Positions 32,263 through 41,834 of a DNA stretch of 64,000 bases are shown here, piece by piece. The translations under genes and the position numbers were made by a program. Source of the DNA: an uncultured Nitrososphaerales archaeon (lineage in GTDB: Archaea; Thermoproteota; Nitrososphaeria; Nitrososphaerales; Nitrososphaeraceae); NCBI GenBank assembly GCA_963709405.1, contig CAVPXM010000063.1, forward strand, positions 160,001 to 224,000. The letters are read 5' to 3'. Positions within the stretch are counted from its first letter, which is position 1. Each line of letters begins with the position of its first letter. Under the pieces are notes generated by a model, which worked only from the letters and a program-made list of their open reading frames with translations, searched no databases and was not told where the DNA came from.

Positions 32263-32501
32263 TTTGTAATTTGCCTAGCTTAAGAGAAAAAGTTATGCTG
32301 TGAGTTAACCTATCCGAAAAGTAGTTGAGGTTGTAATTTGACTAATATAGGATTGAAACAATGACTAGGCGGTGTTCAAGCAATCCCGCCTAGATGGTTG
32401 TAATTTGACTAATATCCGATATCGGATTGAAACACCCCTGACGATCTCCTCAGTAACGTCAAATCTATGCAGTTGTAATTTGACTAGCTTATCACCTAAA
32501 C
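32263..32501 (+). CRISPR. Orphan CRISPR-like mini-array: 30-bp repeat GTTGTAATTTGACTAATATAGGATTGAAAC, 2 clear spacers plus a probable third
   Basis: R1 32330-32359; spacer 37 nt; R2 32397-32433 (net +7 nt); spacer 38 nt; R3 32472-32501 (5' half conserved, ends AAAC); degenerate R0 at 32263, exactly 67 bp before R1. ATTGAAAC 3' handle. No cas gene in the window. Confidence 0.85.
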
Positions 32502-32788
32502 ATGGCTCAAGTTGCACTACTAAGGAAACTTCCTGATTCAGCTACAATATGCTGCTTGTTTTTGCGGTCCACCGACTCAAACTGGTTGTTATCCATTCTG
32601 AAACAATTAGCAATGAATTCGTGAAATGGAATGAATGAGCAGTTTATTTTTTCCTATGTCCTGATTTTATCAATATAAATAATTTGAAAAAACTTAATAG
32701 TCTACCCACTCGATTTGTAGGAAGCTATAACCTTCTATTCTGAGCGATGAATGGATATCAAGAAATATTATAGAGGCTCGCGACTATT

Positions 32789-33754
32789 GTGCTGTTGTCG
32801 ACCAAGGCTTGTACGAGATGTAAGAATACTCCGGTTGTATATCAGAGGATATATTCTGGAGAATATCTTTGTAGGAGCTGCTTTCTCTTCTCAATCGAAG
32901 ACAAAGCGAAGAAGAGTATTAACAAATACTCCATGCTTACTTACAAAGACAAGGTTGCGGTTGCTGTCTCAGGTGGCAAAGACAGCTTGTCCTTGTTGTA
33001 TATATTGAATAAAATATATTCTAAGAAAGACTTTCTTGATATTATTGCAGTCACTATAGACGAGGGGATTCCAGGATACCGTGAGGAAGGGTTAAGAATT
33101 GTAAAGGACTTTTGTTCAGAGATTGGTATAGAAAATATAACTTTGAAATTTACTGATATTTTTGGAGTTGGTATGGAAGAGGTAGTATCGAAAAGACCCT
33201 CTCAAAAGTTTAGCTCTTGCTCATTTTGTGGTACCTTTCGTAGGAGAGCGATTGATCTCATCTCAGAATCTGTAGGCTCTAACGTAGTCGCAACTGGCCA
33301 CAACCTGGACGATCAACTGCAGACATTCATGATTAATCTGGTATCTGGAGATGTGGAGAGAATAGGTTGGATATACCCAGAACCTGTGGAATACGGTAAG
33401 AATAACATTAAGAAAATAAAACCTCTCGTGGAGATCTATGAGCATGAGCTAGTTTTTTATGCATTGCAACGAGGAATTCCGTTTCAGTCTGAGGAATGCC
33501 CGCACAAGAACGAGAGTATTCGAACTGATCTTCGAGATTTTTTGAATACACTTGAAATTAACCATCCCGGCATAAAATATAACGCATTTAATTCTGCGAT
33601 CAAGATTTCAAAACATTTGAAGGGGGAGACTCCAAGGTTACAAATAAGGAGAAAATGCTCTATATGTAGCCGGGATTCTTCAAGTCCAATTTGCTCAGTA
33701 TGTAAAAATATGATGCTTCTAAACGGTAGTGATTTAGATAAGAAAAATCGTTAG
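32789..33754 (+). CDS. tRNA 2-thiolation protein, TtuA/NcsA (TIGR00269) family
   Basis: N-terminal CxxC pairs, AVSGGKDS, CSFCGTFRR, TGHNLDD, ECP, C-terminal zinc finger. Confidence 0.93.
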   Translation: MLLSTKACTRCKNTPVVYQRIYSGEYLCRSCFLFSIEDKAKKSINKYSMLTYKDKVAVAVSGGKDSLSLLYILNKIYSKKDFLDIIAVTIDEGIPGYREEGLRIVKDFCSEIGIENITLKFTDIFGVGMEEVVSKRPSQKFSSCSFCGTFRRRAIDLISESVGSNVVATGHNLDDQLQTFMINLVSGDVERIGWIYPEPVEYGKNNIKKIKPLVEIYEHELVFYALQRGIPFQSEECPHKNESIRTDLRDFLNTLEINHPGIKYNAFNSAIKISKHLKGETPRLQIRRKCSICSRDSSSPICSVCKNMMLLNGSDLDKKNR

Positions 33755-34345
33755 ATCTGTGTTCCAGATACGTAGATAAGAGCCGTTTGAAGTAGGATCA
33801 CTCCGAAACTCACCCTCATATCTCTTTTGACCGATAACCAAGAGCATCGTATTTCTATTGCTATTCACCATCTAGATCGGCTCGGTCGCATTCACATAAT
33901 GATGATTAATATTACATAGGCCAAACATTCCAAAATTATTTCGACCCAGGTCTCATCTACCCAACTTTACAATAACTGCTCAATTCGCTCGAACCGAACT
34001 GAGAACATTGAAGTTCAGGTTTACACTTAAAGAATAGACAGCAAGATGACTTAACCCATTGCATCAAACTTTCACATCCTATAATTTCAATTTAGAATAC
34101 TCTATGGCTATTGTAAATCTAAGAATGTTTAATCTATCATAATGAAGCATTCTTTATTATGAAGATACTGTAATTATACATTCGAATCCTAATTGGAAAT
34201 TTAAGGTAGAAATAATATGTATAATCATTTATGAATCGGATGGCAGTCTGATTTAATTACAGAGGATCCCGATTGGTATTCCAATGCGTTTAATTCAACA
34301 TCTTCTACGAAATTTCTGTAATCATTTTTATTATCTATCACTTTA

Positions 34346-35392
34346 TTGAGGTATGTATTTTGGATTGGGAAGTGTTCTGACAATACCTTGATAGTCATAG
34401 ATGAGAAGAGAATTTTTGAGGTTATACGGGAAAGAAAACCTCGATCCGTGGCGCTCAGCGGTCCAGAAGGTATCTTTTCGCAATTACAGCAGAGTGCACA
34501 GAAGATAACTGAAGAATTCGACATACCTGCATACATTTTGGGTGATACTTCTTGGGGCTCGTGCGATGTGAACACGCGAGGTGCTGATTTGTTGGGGGCA
34601 GACCTTCTTTTTAACGTAGCTCACACAATAGCTTTTGAAAGCCTGGGCCCTAAAGTTATTATGATTAATGCGTATGATAACGTAAGATTTGATCGTGTAG
34701 CTACAGATTGTGCAATTGGCCTTCGTGATAGATATGCATCCATATCATTATTAACAAACAGCCAACATCTTCACCAAATACAGAGTGTTAAGGAAATTTT
34801 CCACCAATATGGATATAATGTCATCATAGGAAAAGGTAAGGGCCAACTAAATGATGCCCAAGTGTTTGGATGCGAATTTTATCCAGCCTTTGATATAATT
34901 AACCAGGTTGACGCTTTCATTTTTCTTGGTCAAAGCATGTTTCACTCTGCAGGTATAGCGGCTTCGACTGGAAAGCCGACATATATGCTAGATCCGTACT
35001 TCCAGCAATATACACAGGTCAATGATTACGCACTTCAAATGCAAAAAAAATCAGTTCTTGCCGTTTACAAGGCCTTGGATTGCGAAAAAATTGGTATTAT
35101 TATAGGATTAAAGGAAGGACAATTTTCAAAATTGAAGGCGCTAGAGCTAAGAAAGTCATTTCAAGAGGTGGGTAAAAATGTCCAATTAATAGCATTGACA
35201 GATATAACTGATGACCGTCTTCAAAATTTTAAGGATATTGATGTCTTCGTTCAAGTAGCTTGCCCAAGGATCAGTTCTGACAATTGTTTCACCAAACTTG
35301 TGTTATCTGTCCCAGAGGCAATGGCTCTCCTTAAGCTAATAAGGAAAGAATCAATCCAAGCTGACTTTCTTAAGATAAGACATTGGCTTTGA
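34346..35392 (+). CDS. dph2: Diphthamide biosynthesis enzyme Dph2 (probable start TTG 34388)
   Basis: PEG, WGSCD, QVFGC, FH, KEGQ, VACPRIS Fe-S cysteine motifs. Confidence 0.93.
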   Translation: MRYVFWIGKCSDNTLIVIDEKRIFEVIRERKPRSVALSGPEGIFSQLQQSAQKITEEFDIPAYILGDTSWGSCDVNTRGADLLGADLLFNVAHTIAFESLGPKVIMINAYDNVRFDRVATDCAIGLRDRYASISLLTNSQHLHQIQSVKEIFHQYGYNVIIGKGKGQLNDAQVFGCEFYPAFDIINQVDAFIFLGQSMFHSAGIAASTGKPTYMLDPYFQQYTQVNDYALQMQKKSVLAVYKALDCEKIGIIIGLKEGQFSKLKALELRKSFQEVGKNVQLIALTDITDDRLQNFKDIDVFVQVACPRISSDNCFTKLVLSVPEAMALLKLIRKESIQADFLKIRHWL

Positions 35393-35471
35393 GATTTAGC
35401 TCGATCCTGTCTATGTTTCTATTGGCGAGGCTTGATAAAATATTCTTTTCACCATAGAGATGTTTGAAATT

Positions 35472-35790
35472 GCGAAGATAGCCCGCTGGTACCACCATAA
35501 ATGGTAGGTCCTGTTTCAAACTCCGCGAGATCCACCACGTAGACGTGCCAGCATGATTATGCCACCTTAGGATTGCTCCCTCCCGGACCTCATCCATTTC
35601 GACGATATGCGGTCGAAACTGCGCCTTCACGCAGCTCGCCGCTCACGACCATCCAACACGGCATGATTTCATTTCAGCAGTGCAAGTAGGTTCCTCTCAC
35701 TCATGGATTTACCCAGCAGTTACTGATCCTAGCATGAAGCCGATTTCTAGTTTGGGGCACGGCTAGCACCCCGATCCTCCCTATCTCCGC
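35472..35790 (-). ncRNA. ffs: Archaeal SRP RNA (7S RNA)
   Basis: GC-rich 319 nt; ends pair (GCGGAGATAG / CTATCTTCGC); helix 8 GGAT-GAGG-TCC-GGGA-GGG-AGCA-ATCC; helix 6 CTGCGT-GAAG-GCGCAG; Alu-like 5' hairpins. Confidence 0.92.
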
Positions 35791-36527
35791 AATCTTGCTA
35801 TCGATAAATCATTATATTTGTGTATCACTTGGGACCAAAATGAGAATAGCAGTGAACTGGTCAAATATGGATGCAAGGCATTAGTTGCGCCGGTATGTTC
35901 ATATATATAATTAGAAATTATTACTAAGCCAATTATACATTTTTCCATCTTGTGAGTCGGATCTGAATCGTCGAATTATCGAATCTTCTGGGCATTCGTT
36001 AGTGACTACGATCGATTAAAATTCCTAATTCTTGGTAAATAATACGATTGATAATCTTTACAGATAATGTCGACGATAAGAAATTGGTAATGGGATTGTA
36101 CTGATAACATAAATATGATAAATACAAAGTTCTTTTTTGAGTACTAATTGTAAGTTATAGTTTCAAATTTGCCGAAGTTCTGATGTAAAATTCATTAGTC
36201 TAGTCTTTCATTATCAGTCTACGAATGCCGATCGTGTTTCTATCTCTCCATCATTCAGCAGCATAAAATGGTAAATCTTGTATTTTGCCGCCACAATATG
36301 CGTTCTTAATCGTGTCATTTTGCTACAAATGACTCATTTGGAGATAGATCGAGTTGCCTTTTAAATCCTAATTTATTAGCCTTATGAGCAACACGCAGTT
36401 ATTGGATTTTCGTGTTATGCTAACAGAACGCATCTGTTACAGGTATGTCTACCATAGAAGTACGCGTACTAACTTAGATTTTCGAATATAGAATTATAGA
36501 ATAGTTAGGTTACATATATTTTCGTAT

Positions 36528-36941
36528 ATGCCTGAAGCAAAGAAAAGTTTAAGTAATAATTCCCATTTCCAGGACGCTGCTTCCTTACTACTCAGAGGGG
36601 GAAGCCTCATCGGGGAGTCTTGTCCGGATTGTTCTGGCGTTCAGATAAAATTTAAGGATAAAATCATTTGTGTAAATTGTGGGAAGAATCGATCAGCTGA
36701 TAATGAAATAAAAACAAGACCCGATTTATCCAATATACAGGAATTAGAGAAGGAGGATTCCCCACCTTTATCAGACCTGTTGAAAATTGAAAACTTGATT
36801 AATAGCAGGATTGGCAGTCTTCTGATGGACATGAAAAGCCTAGATGACCTATTAATTGAGAATCAAAGAGCTGATTTGATTGAGACTTATCTAAGGATCA
36901 TCAAGAAAATCAGAAGGCTAAATGGGATTAAAGTGCCTTAA
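36528..36941 (+). CDS. UPF0148 / autoantigen p27-like zinc-ribbon protein
   Basis: LLRGGSLIGESCPDC...CVNCG plus C-terminal coiled coil. Confidence 0.85.
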   Translation: MPEAKKSLSNNSHFQDAASLLLRGGSLIGESCPDCSGVQIKFKDKIICVNCGKNRSADNEIKTRPDLSNIQELEKEDSPPLSDLLKIENLINSRIGSLLMDMKSLDDLLIENQRADLIETYLRIIKKIRRLNGIKVP

Positions 36942-36982
36942 CTACAGAGATGGATCAAGGCAGTAATTGAAACATTTCGCGA

Positions 36983-37315
36983 CTATGTACTGTTAGTACT
37001 TGTGTGGTTATTGACGAGAGATCTAAGAGAAGGTGGTGTTAGCAGCATTGTAGGGTCAGTCACGACAGGTTGTTTAGGAAGGTTGTATTGCTCTCTTAGT
37101 ATTTTCTGTTGTTGTAGTTGAGTATCTGCCGAGAATGATGGTCCAATGTGCCCTATCCACACCCAAAGAATGATAACTAGTGCAAGTGAGATACCCATGA
37201 CGAGAATCGACAAAGCTACGGTTGTCATGTTTTTATAGCCATGACTTTCATGTTCTTCATGATGTGCACACATTTTAGAAATAAAGTATTCACTTGCTAT
37301 TAAAAATATTTGCAT
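36983..37315 (-). CDS. Single-pass membrane hypothetical protein (start uncertain)
   Basis: His-rich N-terminus, one transmembrane helix, LREQYNLP..LLTPPSLR tail. Confidence 0.7.
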   Translation of the reverse strand: MQIFLIASEYFISKMCAHHEEHESHGYKNMTTVALSILVMGISLALVIILWVWIGHIGPSFSADTQLQQQKILREQYNLPKQPVVTDPTMLLTPPSLRSLVNNHTSTNST

Positions 37316-37442
37316 TCTTACCTCATCAGTAGCGCCAGGAAAAGAATAGAAGGATCCTATCCAATGAGTGGCATTTAGTAAAATTCTTCATTTTACCTAT
37401 TGGAGTAAATTAAAATGAGTATAGAACCTCAGTAATGGCGGC

Positions 37443-37913
37443 ATGATTAGAGATAGACTAGATTCACTTAACTTAAGCCTCCCTCGAGCTCCAATATCCT
37501 CAGGATTATATGCTCCTGTAGTTATAAGTGGCAAGCTCGTCTTCCTCTCTGGGCAACTACCAATTGAGCAGGGTACGAATTCAAGCAATGTTAAGTATAA
37601 GGGTAAAGTGGGTAAGGACATTTCAATAGATGATGGCAAGAACGCAGCTCGACTTTGCACACTGAATGCCTTATCACAGTTAGAGGTAGCGTTAGGTAGC
37701 CTTGATAAAATCCATAAATTCCTAAGAGTTTCCGGGTTTGTTAATTGTGAGGCTTCATTTACTGAGCACTCAAAGGTAATGGATGCCGCTTCGGATCTTA
37801 TTCTGCAGGTATTTGCGGAAAAAGGCAAGCACACTCGAATTGCACTAGGTATGAATAGTCTACCTTTGAATGGTGCAGTTGAAATTGATTATATATTAGA
37901 AAAAGAAGATTGA
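37443..37913 (+). CDS. RidA/YjgF (Rid1-like) family protein
   Basis: LSGQLP, GFVN, ASDL..VF..GKHTRIALG..SLP...VEID. Confidence 0.92.
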   Translation: MIRDRLDSLNLSLPRAPISSGLYAPVVISGKLVFLSGQLPIEQGTNSSNVKYKGKVGKDISIDDGKNAARLCTLNALSQLEVALGSLDKIHKFLRVSGFVNCEASFTEHSKVMDAASDLILQVFAEKGKHTRIALGMNSLPLNGAVEIDYILEKED

Positions 37914-38089
37914 GTAATATATTATTGGATTTCGTAGTGTAGCCTGATGATAGTCATTAATATAGATGGTAGAAATATTCTATAATCGATTGCAATCGAG
38001 CTGAGAAATCCACCTTAAAACGACGATTGCAAGTTCGCATAGAATCCAGTCCGGCTACTTTAGAAGCTATTTTGTGTGCAATTTAAAGC

Positions 38090-38215
38090 TCACTCTATGG
38101 CTCTAGTTACTTCATTAGCATGATTTTCATGATAATGCTTCTCTGCATCCCTTCTCGTCAGAAACTCCTTTCCACAGTCTTTACATCGGAATGTTCCAGC
38201 CTCATACTCAGTCAT
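38090..38215 (-). CDS. Small C2H2 zinc-finger protein
   Basis: MTEYEAGTFRCKDCGKEF...AEKHYHENH from ATG 38215. Confidence 0.8.
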   Translation of the reverse strand: MTEYEAGTFRCKDCGKEFLTRRDAEKHYHENHANEVTRAIE

Positions 38216-38538
38216 TTTTGTAAATTTAGCTATGTACCTATATAAATAAATATGCGATGCCTTTATTTTCATCGGATCAATTTAAATTCGTAATTGAAGA
38301 CTGGGAGTTAAGTATAGTTTATTTTTGTGGATCAATAAAAAAATGAAAAATAGAAAATAGAAAATATTCAATTAAATCAAATTTGCACTGGTTAGTCTAA
38401 ATTTGATAATCTACAACCGATTAGAGTATGAAGAATAATGACATTGAGGATTTCCGACTCTAAAACTGTAATATATGTCCAAATAATTCTAAATTCCAGC
38501 ATTAAAGAATTAAGTAATCATGAGGTAACCTGCACAAA

Positions 38539-38949
38539 TTATCCTTTTGACTTTTCATCATCAGCAAAGATTAGTTTCCGTTCCTGAACTAATGGTATTA
38601 CTTTTTCTGTTAGAATCTCGTCAAAATTCCTAATTTTACTATCTAGTGTAAGCAACAAAAAATAGTCATCATTAATATGAATTGTAACTCTACAAAGCTT
38701 TTCGTATTTTCCAAAGGCATATATTAGTTTGCCAATTTTTGACTGAAACTTAACCCGAGTCTTGTACCTCGTGACTGTAAGTGATGCATACTCTTCATTT
38801 TCCTCTTCTGACATCAATAGTTGGAGTCCTTCTCTATACTCGGCATTGATAAGTACGCCAAATTTATTGGCTATTCCGACCCATCTGATAGAATTATCAA
38901 CAGACAATATCTCCTTACTGAAGGAATACAATAGTTCATAATTTATCAC
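38539..38949 (-). CDS. AOA-type roadblock-like protein (DUF6659-like)
   Basis: IRWVGIANKFG...YREGL..L...IGKLIY...YEK pattern. Confidence 0.75.
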   Translation of the reverse strand: MINYELLYSFSKEILSVDNSIRWVGIANKFGVLINAEYREGLQLLMSEEENEEYASLTVTRYKTRVKFQSKIGKLIYAFGKYEKLCRVTIHINDDYFLLLTLDSKIRNFDEILTEKVIPLVQERKLIFADDEKSKG

Positions 38950-39156
38950 AGGTTACAAGAATGCAAACAGGTTTAAAAATGTGTTTTCTACTCGATCTGG
39001 GCTAACAAGTCCAGATATTAAATAAAATCAACAAAGTGGATATTGCGTCGAAGTCTTTTTTACAATACAAAAATCATCGAATTACAAAAACCTCCCATGC
39101 CCCCGTTAAACTAAAAATAAAATGTGGTGTGGCGGTAGTATGTTCTCTAGTTGTAA

Positions 39157-39579
39157 TTACGATACTACAACTTTTCCAATCATGGTTGGATGCAGCTGAC
39201 AATAATACGGAAATTCTCCTGCCTTTGCGAATGTGTGAGAAAATTCTTTGCCTTTTGTTGTCAACGCGTTGGGCCCTGATAATGCTGAATCAAATTCTTT
39301 GCCTTTAGCAGAATCGTTGGGTCCTGAACCAGAAGTCACTGTATGAAACATAGTGTCATCATTCTTCCATTTGACAGTATCTCCTGTCTTGATATTGATT
39401 GGATTTGGCGAGTAAGCTTTGTCAGCCAATGTCGAAGCTCCACTTACTATTGAAGCTTCTTTTTCCTCAGCCGCAAACACATGAGGCATACCTAAATTTC
39501 GAGTCCCAGAAACTGTCACAGCTAGTCCCACGAGTCCTGCAACTATTGTGACTATCGTCAACGCGCTCTTTATATTCAT
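39157..39579 (-). CDS. Plastocyanin/azurin-like blue copper protein
   Basis: Signal peptide; YSPNPI, HTVTSG and YYCQLHPTM type-1 copper ligands. Confidence 0.95.
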   Translation of the reverse strand: MNIKSALTIVTIVAGLVGLAVTVSGTRNLGMPHVFAAEEKEASIVSGASTLADKAYSPNPINIKTGDTVKWKNDDTMFHTVTSGSGPNDSAKGKEFDSALSGPNALTTKGKEFSHTFAKAGEFPYYCQLHPTMIGKVVVS

Positions 39580-39843
39580 GTTGGAGTGTTTATAATGATA
39601 TATTTTATAAGTAGTTTGCGTTTAGAAACAAACACGACTTCTTGACTTTAATTTTTAAAATGATTTCATTTACCAGACTCCCGTGATGATTTTTGATACT
39701 TCGCTCCAGGTACACTTACTCTCCTTTTATAGAACAATTGCTATTACTCTATGTCAGCAAAAACTATGATCGCAATGATTAAGATTGTTCTATCGTCCAC
39801 AATCTTGCCTATTCAATTTCTTGTGTAGGCACTTCTATTATTG

Positions 39844-41343
39844 TCATGAGGCTTTCTTCATTACTCGAGTAATGCACTTTATTGCCTTATTCAACAAGTC
39901 GAGCCTGGCAAATTCGTTGGGAGAATGAATCCTTGAATAAACATATGTGCAACCAATAGATATGCAAGGCGAATTTAATATCTCATAAAATGGATACATT
40001 GGTCCAGTTCCTGCAGAGGAGACACTTAGCACCGCATCTCCAAATATTTCTGTGGCAGAGTCCCGGATATGCTTGACAAAATGATTATTTGGATCAGTTC
40101 TGGCCGCCCGCTCACCATGAATAAAACTTGTTGAAATAACCTCTTTAAACCCAAATTCATCCAGATGGTGAACAAGTCTATCAAATTGAACCCTAGGATC
40201 CATGTCAGGCACCAACCTAAAGTCCAGCTTAGCAGTCGCCTTTTCAGGCACGATATTGCTAGGTACGTTTCCTGCATATCCTGCCACTAGTCCTGCCAGA
40301 TTACATGTTGCCTGACCGACCAAGGCTTTGCGAGCTTCCACTCCTTTCGTGTCATTCAGGAATCTGTCAATGCCGTAATGATTCTTAAAATCCTGCTCGT
40401 CAAATGGCTCAGCTGATATCAAATGCTCCTCCTGTTCCGTAAACTGTTTAGCTTCCTTATACCAATCCTTTACCAGAACTTTTCCAGTCTCATCTCTGAT
40501 ACTATTAAGTGCTCTAACGAGTAGCCAAGCTGGGTTTTCAAGAAGAGCTGCCAAACTAGAGTGAGCATCTCGAGACAAGGTCCTACAGGACATCTCCACG
40601 TAAAGCAGGCCCTTCATCCCTAGACTTACAATCGGTATACCCTTTTCATTTATGTAGCCAAATTCCCATATAACGCAATCACAAGCCAGTTTTTGTCTGT
40701 ACCTTGAAATGTATTGTTCGATATGATTGCTTCCGATCTCTTCCTCACCTTCGACAATAAATTTTATATTGCACGGTACATCTCCAGTTTTTCTCAGGTA
40801 AAATTCTACAGCTTTAATACGAGTAATTAACTCGCCTTTATCGTCTGAGGAACCTCGCCCAAAAATATAGTTGCCATCAACTTTACCGCTAAATGGACCT
40901 GCCTTATCCCATAAATCTACTGGTTCTTCAGGCTGAACGTCATAATGGTTGTAGAACAGTAGGGTTTTCGCTTGAGGGTTAGACCTCGATCTAACTTCTC
41001 CGTATACTATAGGTGGCACGTTGTCAAAAACAGGTCGTTGTCCTACCGTCTTTTGGTATGTTGTACAATTTTTCGAAGGCGCAGTGGCGGAATTGCTATT
41101 ATTTCTCTCTGGCAATGGATTCGTTTCTGCCAGCTTATATTTTTCAAGGTATAACACATCTGCATTTATGCCCGCCTTACGCATAATATCGCATACTAGA
41201 CGGGCGCATTCTTCGAGACCTTCGTGCCGTGCAGATACGCTTGGCTGTTTAATCAGCTGCTGCAAATCTAGGATAACTTCATTCATATGGGAATCAATAA
41301 AAGTGTCAAGTTCTTGATCAAATACGTCTACGTCTGACGACAT
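39844..41343 (-). CDS. M20/M25/M40 family metallopeptidase (start taken at ATG 41343)
   Basis: YNHYDVQP, GRGSSDDKG, EGEEEIGS, HSS, DFRLVP, IHSPNE. Confidence 0.93.
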   Translation of the reverse strand: MSSDVDVFDQELDTFIDSHMNEVILDLQQLIKQPSVSARHEGLEECARLVCDIMRKAGINADVLYLEKYKLAETNPLPERNNSNSATAPSKNCTTYQKTVGQRPVFDNVPPIVYGEVRSRSNPQAKTLLFYNHYDVQPEEPVDLWDKAGPFSGKVDGNYIFGRGSSDDKGELITRIKAVEFYLRKTGDVPCNIKFIVEGEEEIGSNHIEQYISRYRQKLACDCVIWEFGYINEKGIPIVSLGMKGLLYVEMSCRTLSRDAHSSLAALLENPAWLLVRALNSIRDETGKVLVKDWYKEAKQFTEQEEHLISAEPFDEQDFKNHYGIDRFLNDTKGVEARKALVGQATCNLAGLVAGYAGNVPSNIVPEKATAKLDFRLVPDMDPRVQFDRLVHHLDEFGFKEVISTSFIHGERAARTDPNNHFVKHIRDSATEIFGDAVLSVSSAGTGPMYPFYEILNSPCISIGCTYVYSRIHSPNEFARLDLLNKAIKCITRVMKKAS

Positions 41344-41447
41344 TTTAATCCCATTGTCTTCTTTCTGTTTTAACTGTTTAGATTTCCTTTTTGATATTTG
41401 AGTTTTATTGAGAAAGGATTTATATCCAAAAGAAGGTCTTGATCTAT

Positions 41448-41834
41448 ATGGGCATTGCGCAATATATGGCAAAAGAGATGATGAAGGAAATAGGTAATAG
41501 GTCTAGGGAATTTTACGAATTTGTTTTGCCAGCTATAGATATGTATGAAGACGGGAACGATTTGGTAGTTTTGATTGATTTGCCAGGCTTTGCAAAAAAT
41601 GACATTAAATTGAGGATCGTAAAAAATATGCTTTCTATTAGTGCAAAAAGAGATGTTGAGGAGCCAGTAGGAACGGTCTATTATAAACATAGACCCTCTC
41701 ACATAAATAAGAAGGTTGTATTGCCCATATCTTTAGAAGATGGTGATGAGGCTACTGGCATGGCAAAATATCTGGACGGTGTAGTAAGCTTGAGAATTCC
41801 CATGCCAAAATCAAGTATTATTCCCGTAAGCTAA
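41448..41834 (+). CDS. Small heat-shock protein (Hsp20 / archaeal Hsp14)
   Basis: PAIDMYE, IDLPGF, AKYLDGVVSLRIP alpha-crystallin motifs. Confidence 0.93.
   Translation: MGIAQYMAKEMMKEIGNRSREFYEFVLPAIDMYEDGNDLVVLIDLPGFAKNDIKLRIVKNMLSISAKRDVEEPVGTVYYKHRPSHINKKVVLPISLEDGDEATGMAKYLDGVVSLRIPMPKSSIIPVS

Noticed and set aside
35370-35630. 86-aa ORF
   Set aside because: Overlaps the SRP RNA; no protein features.
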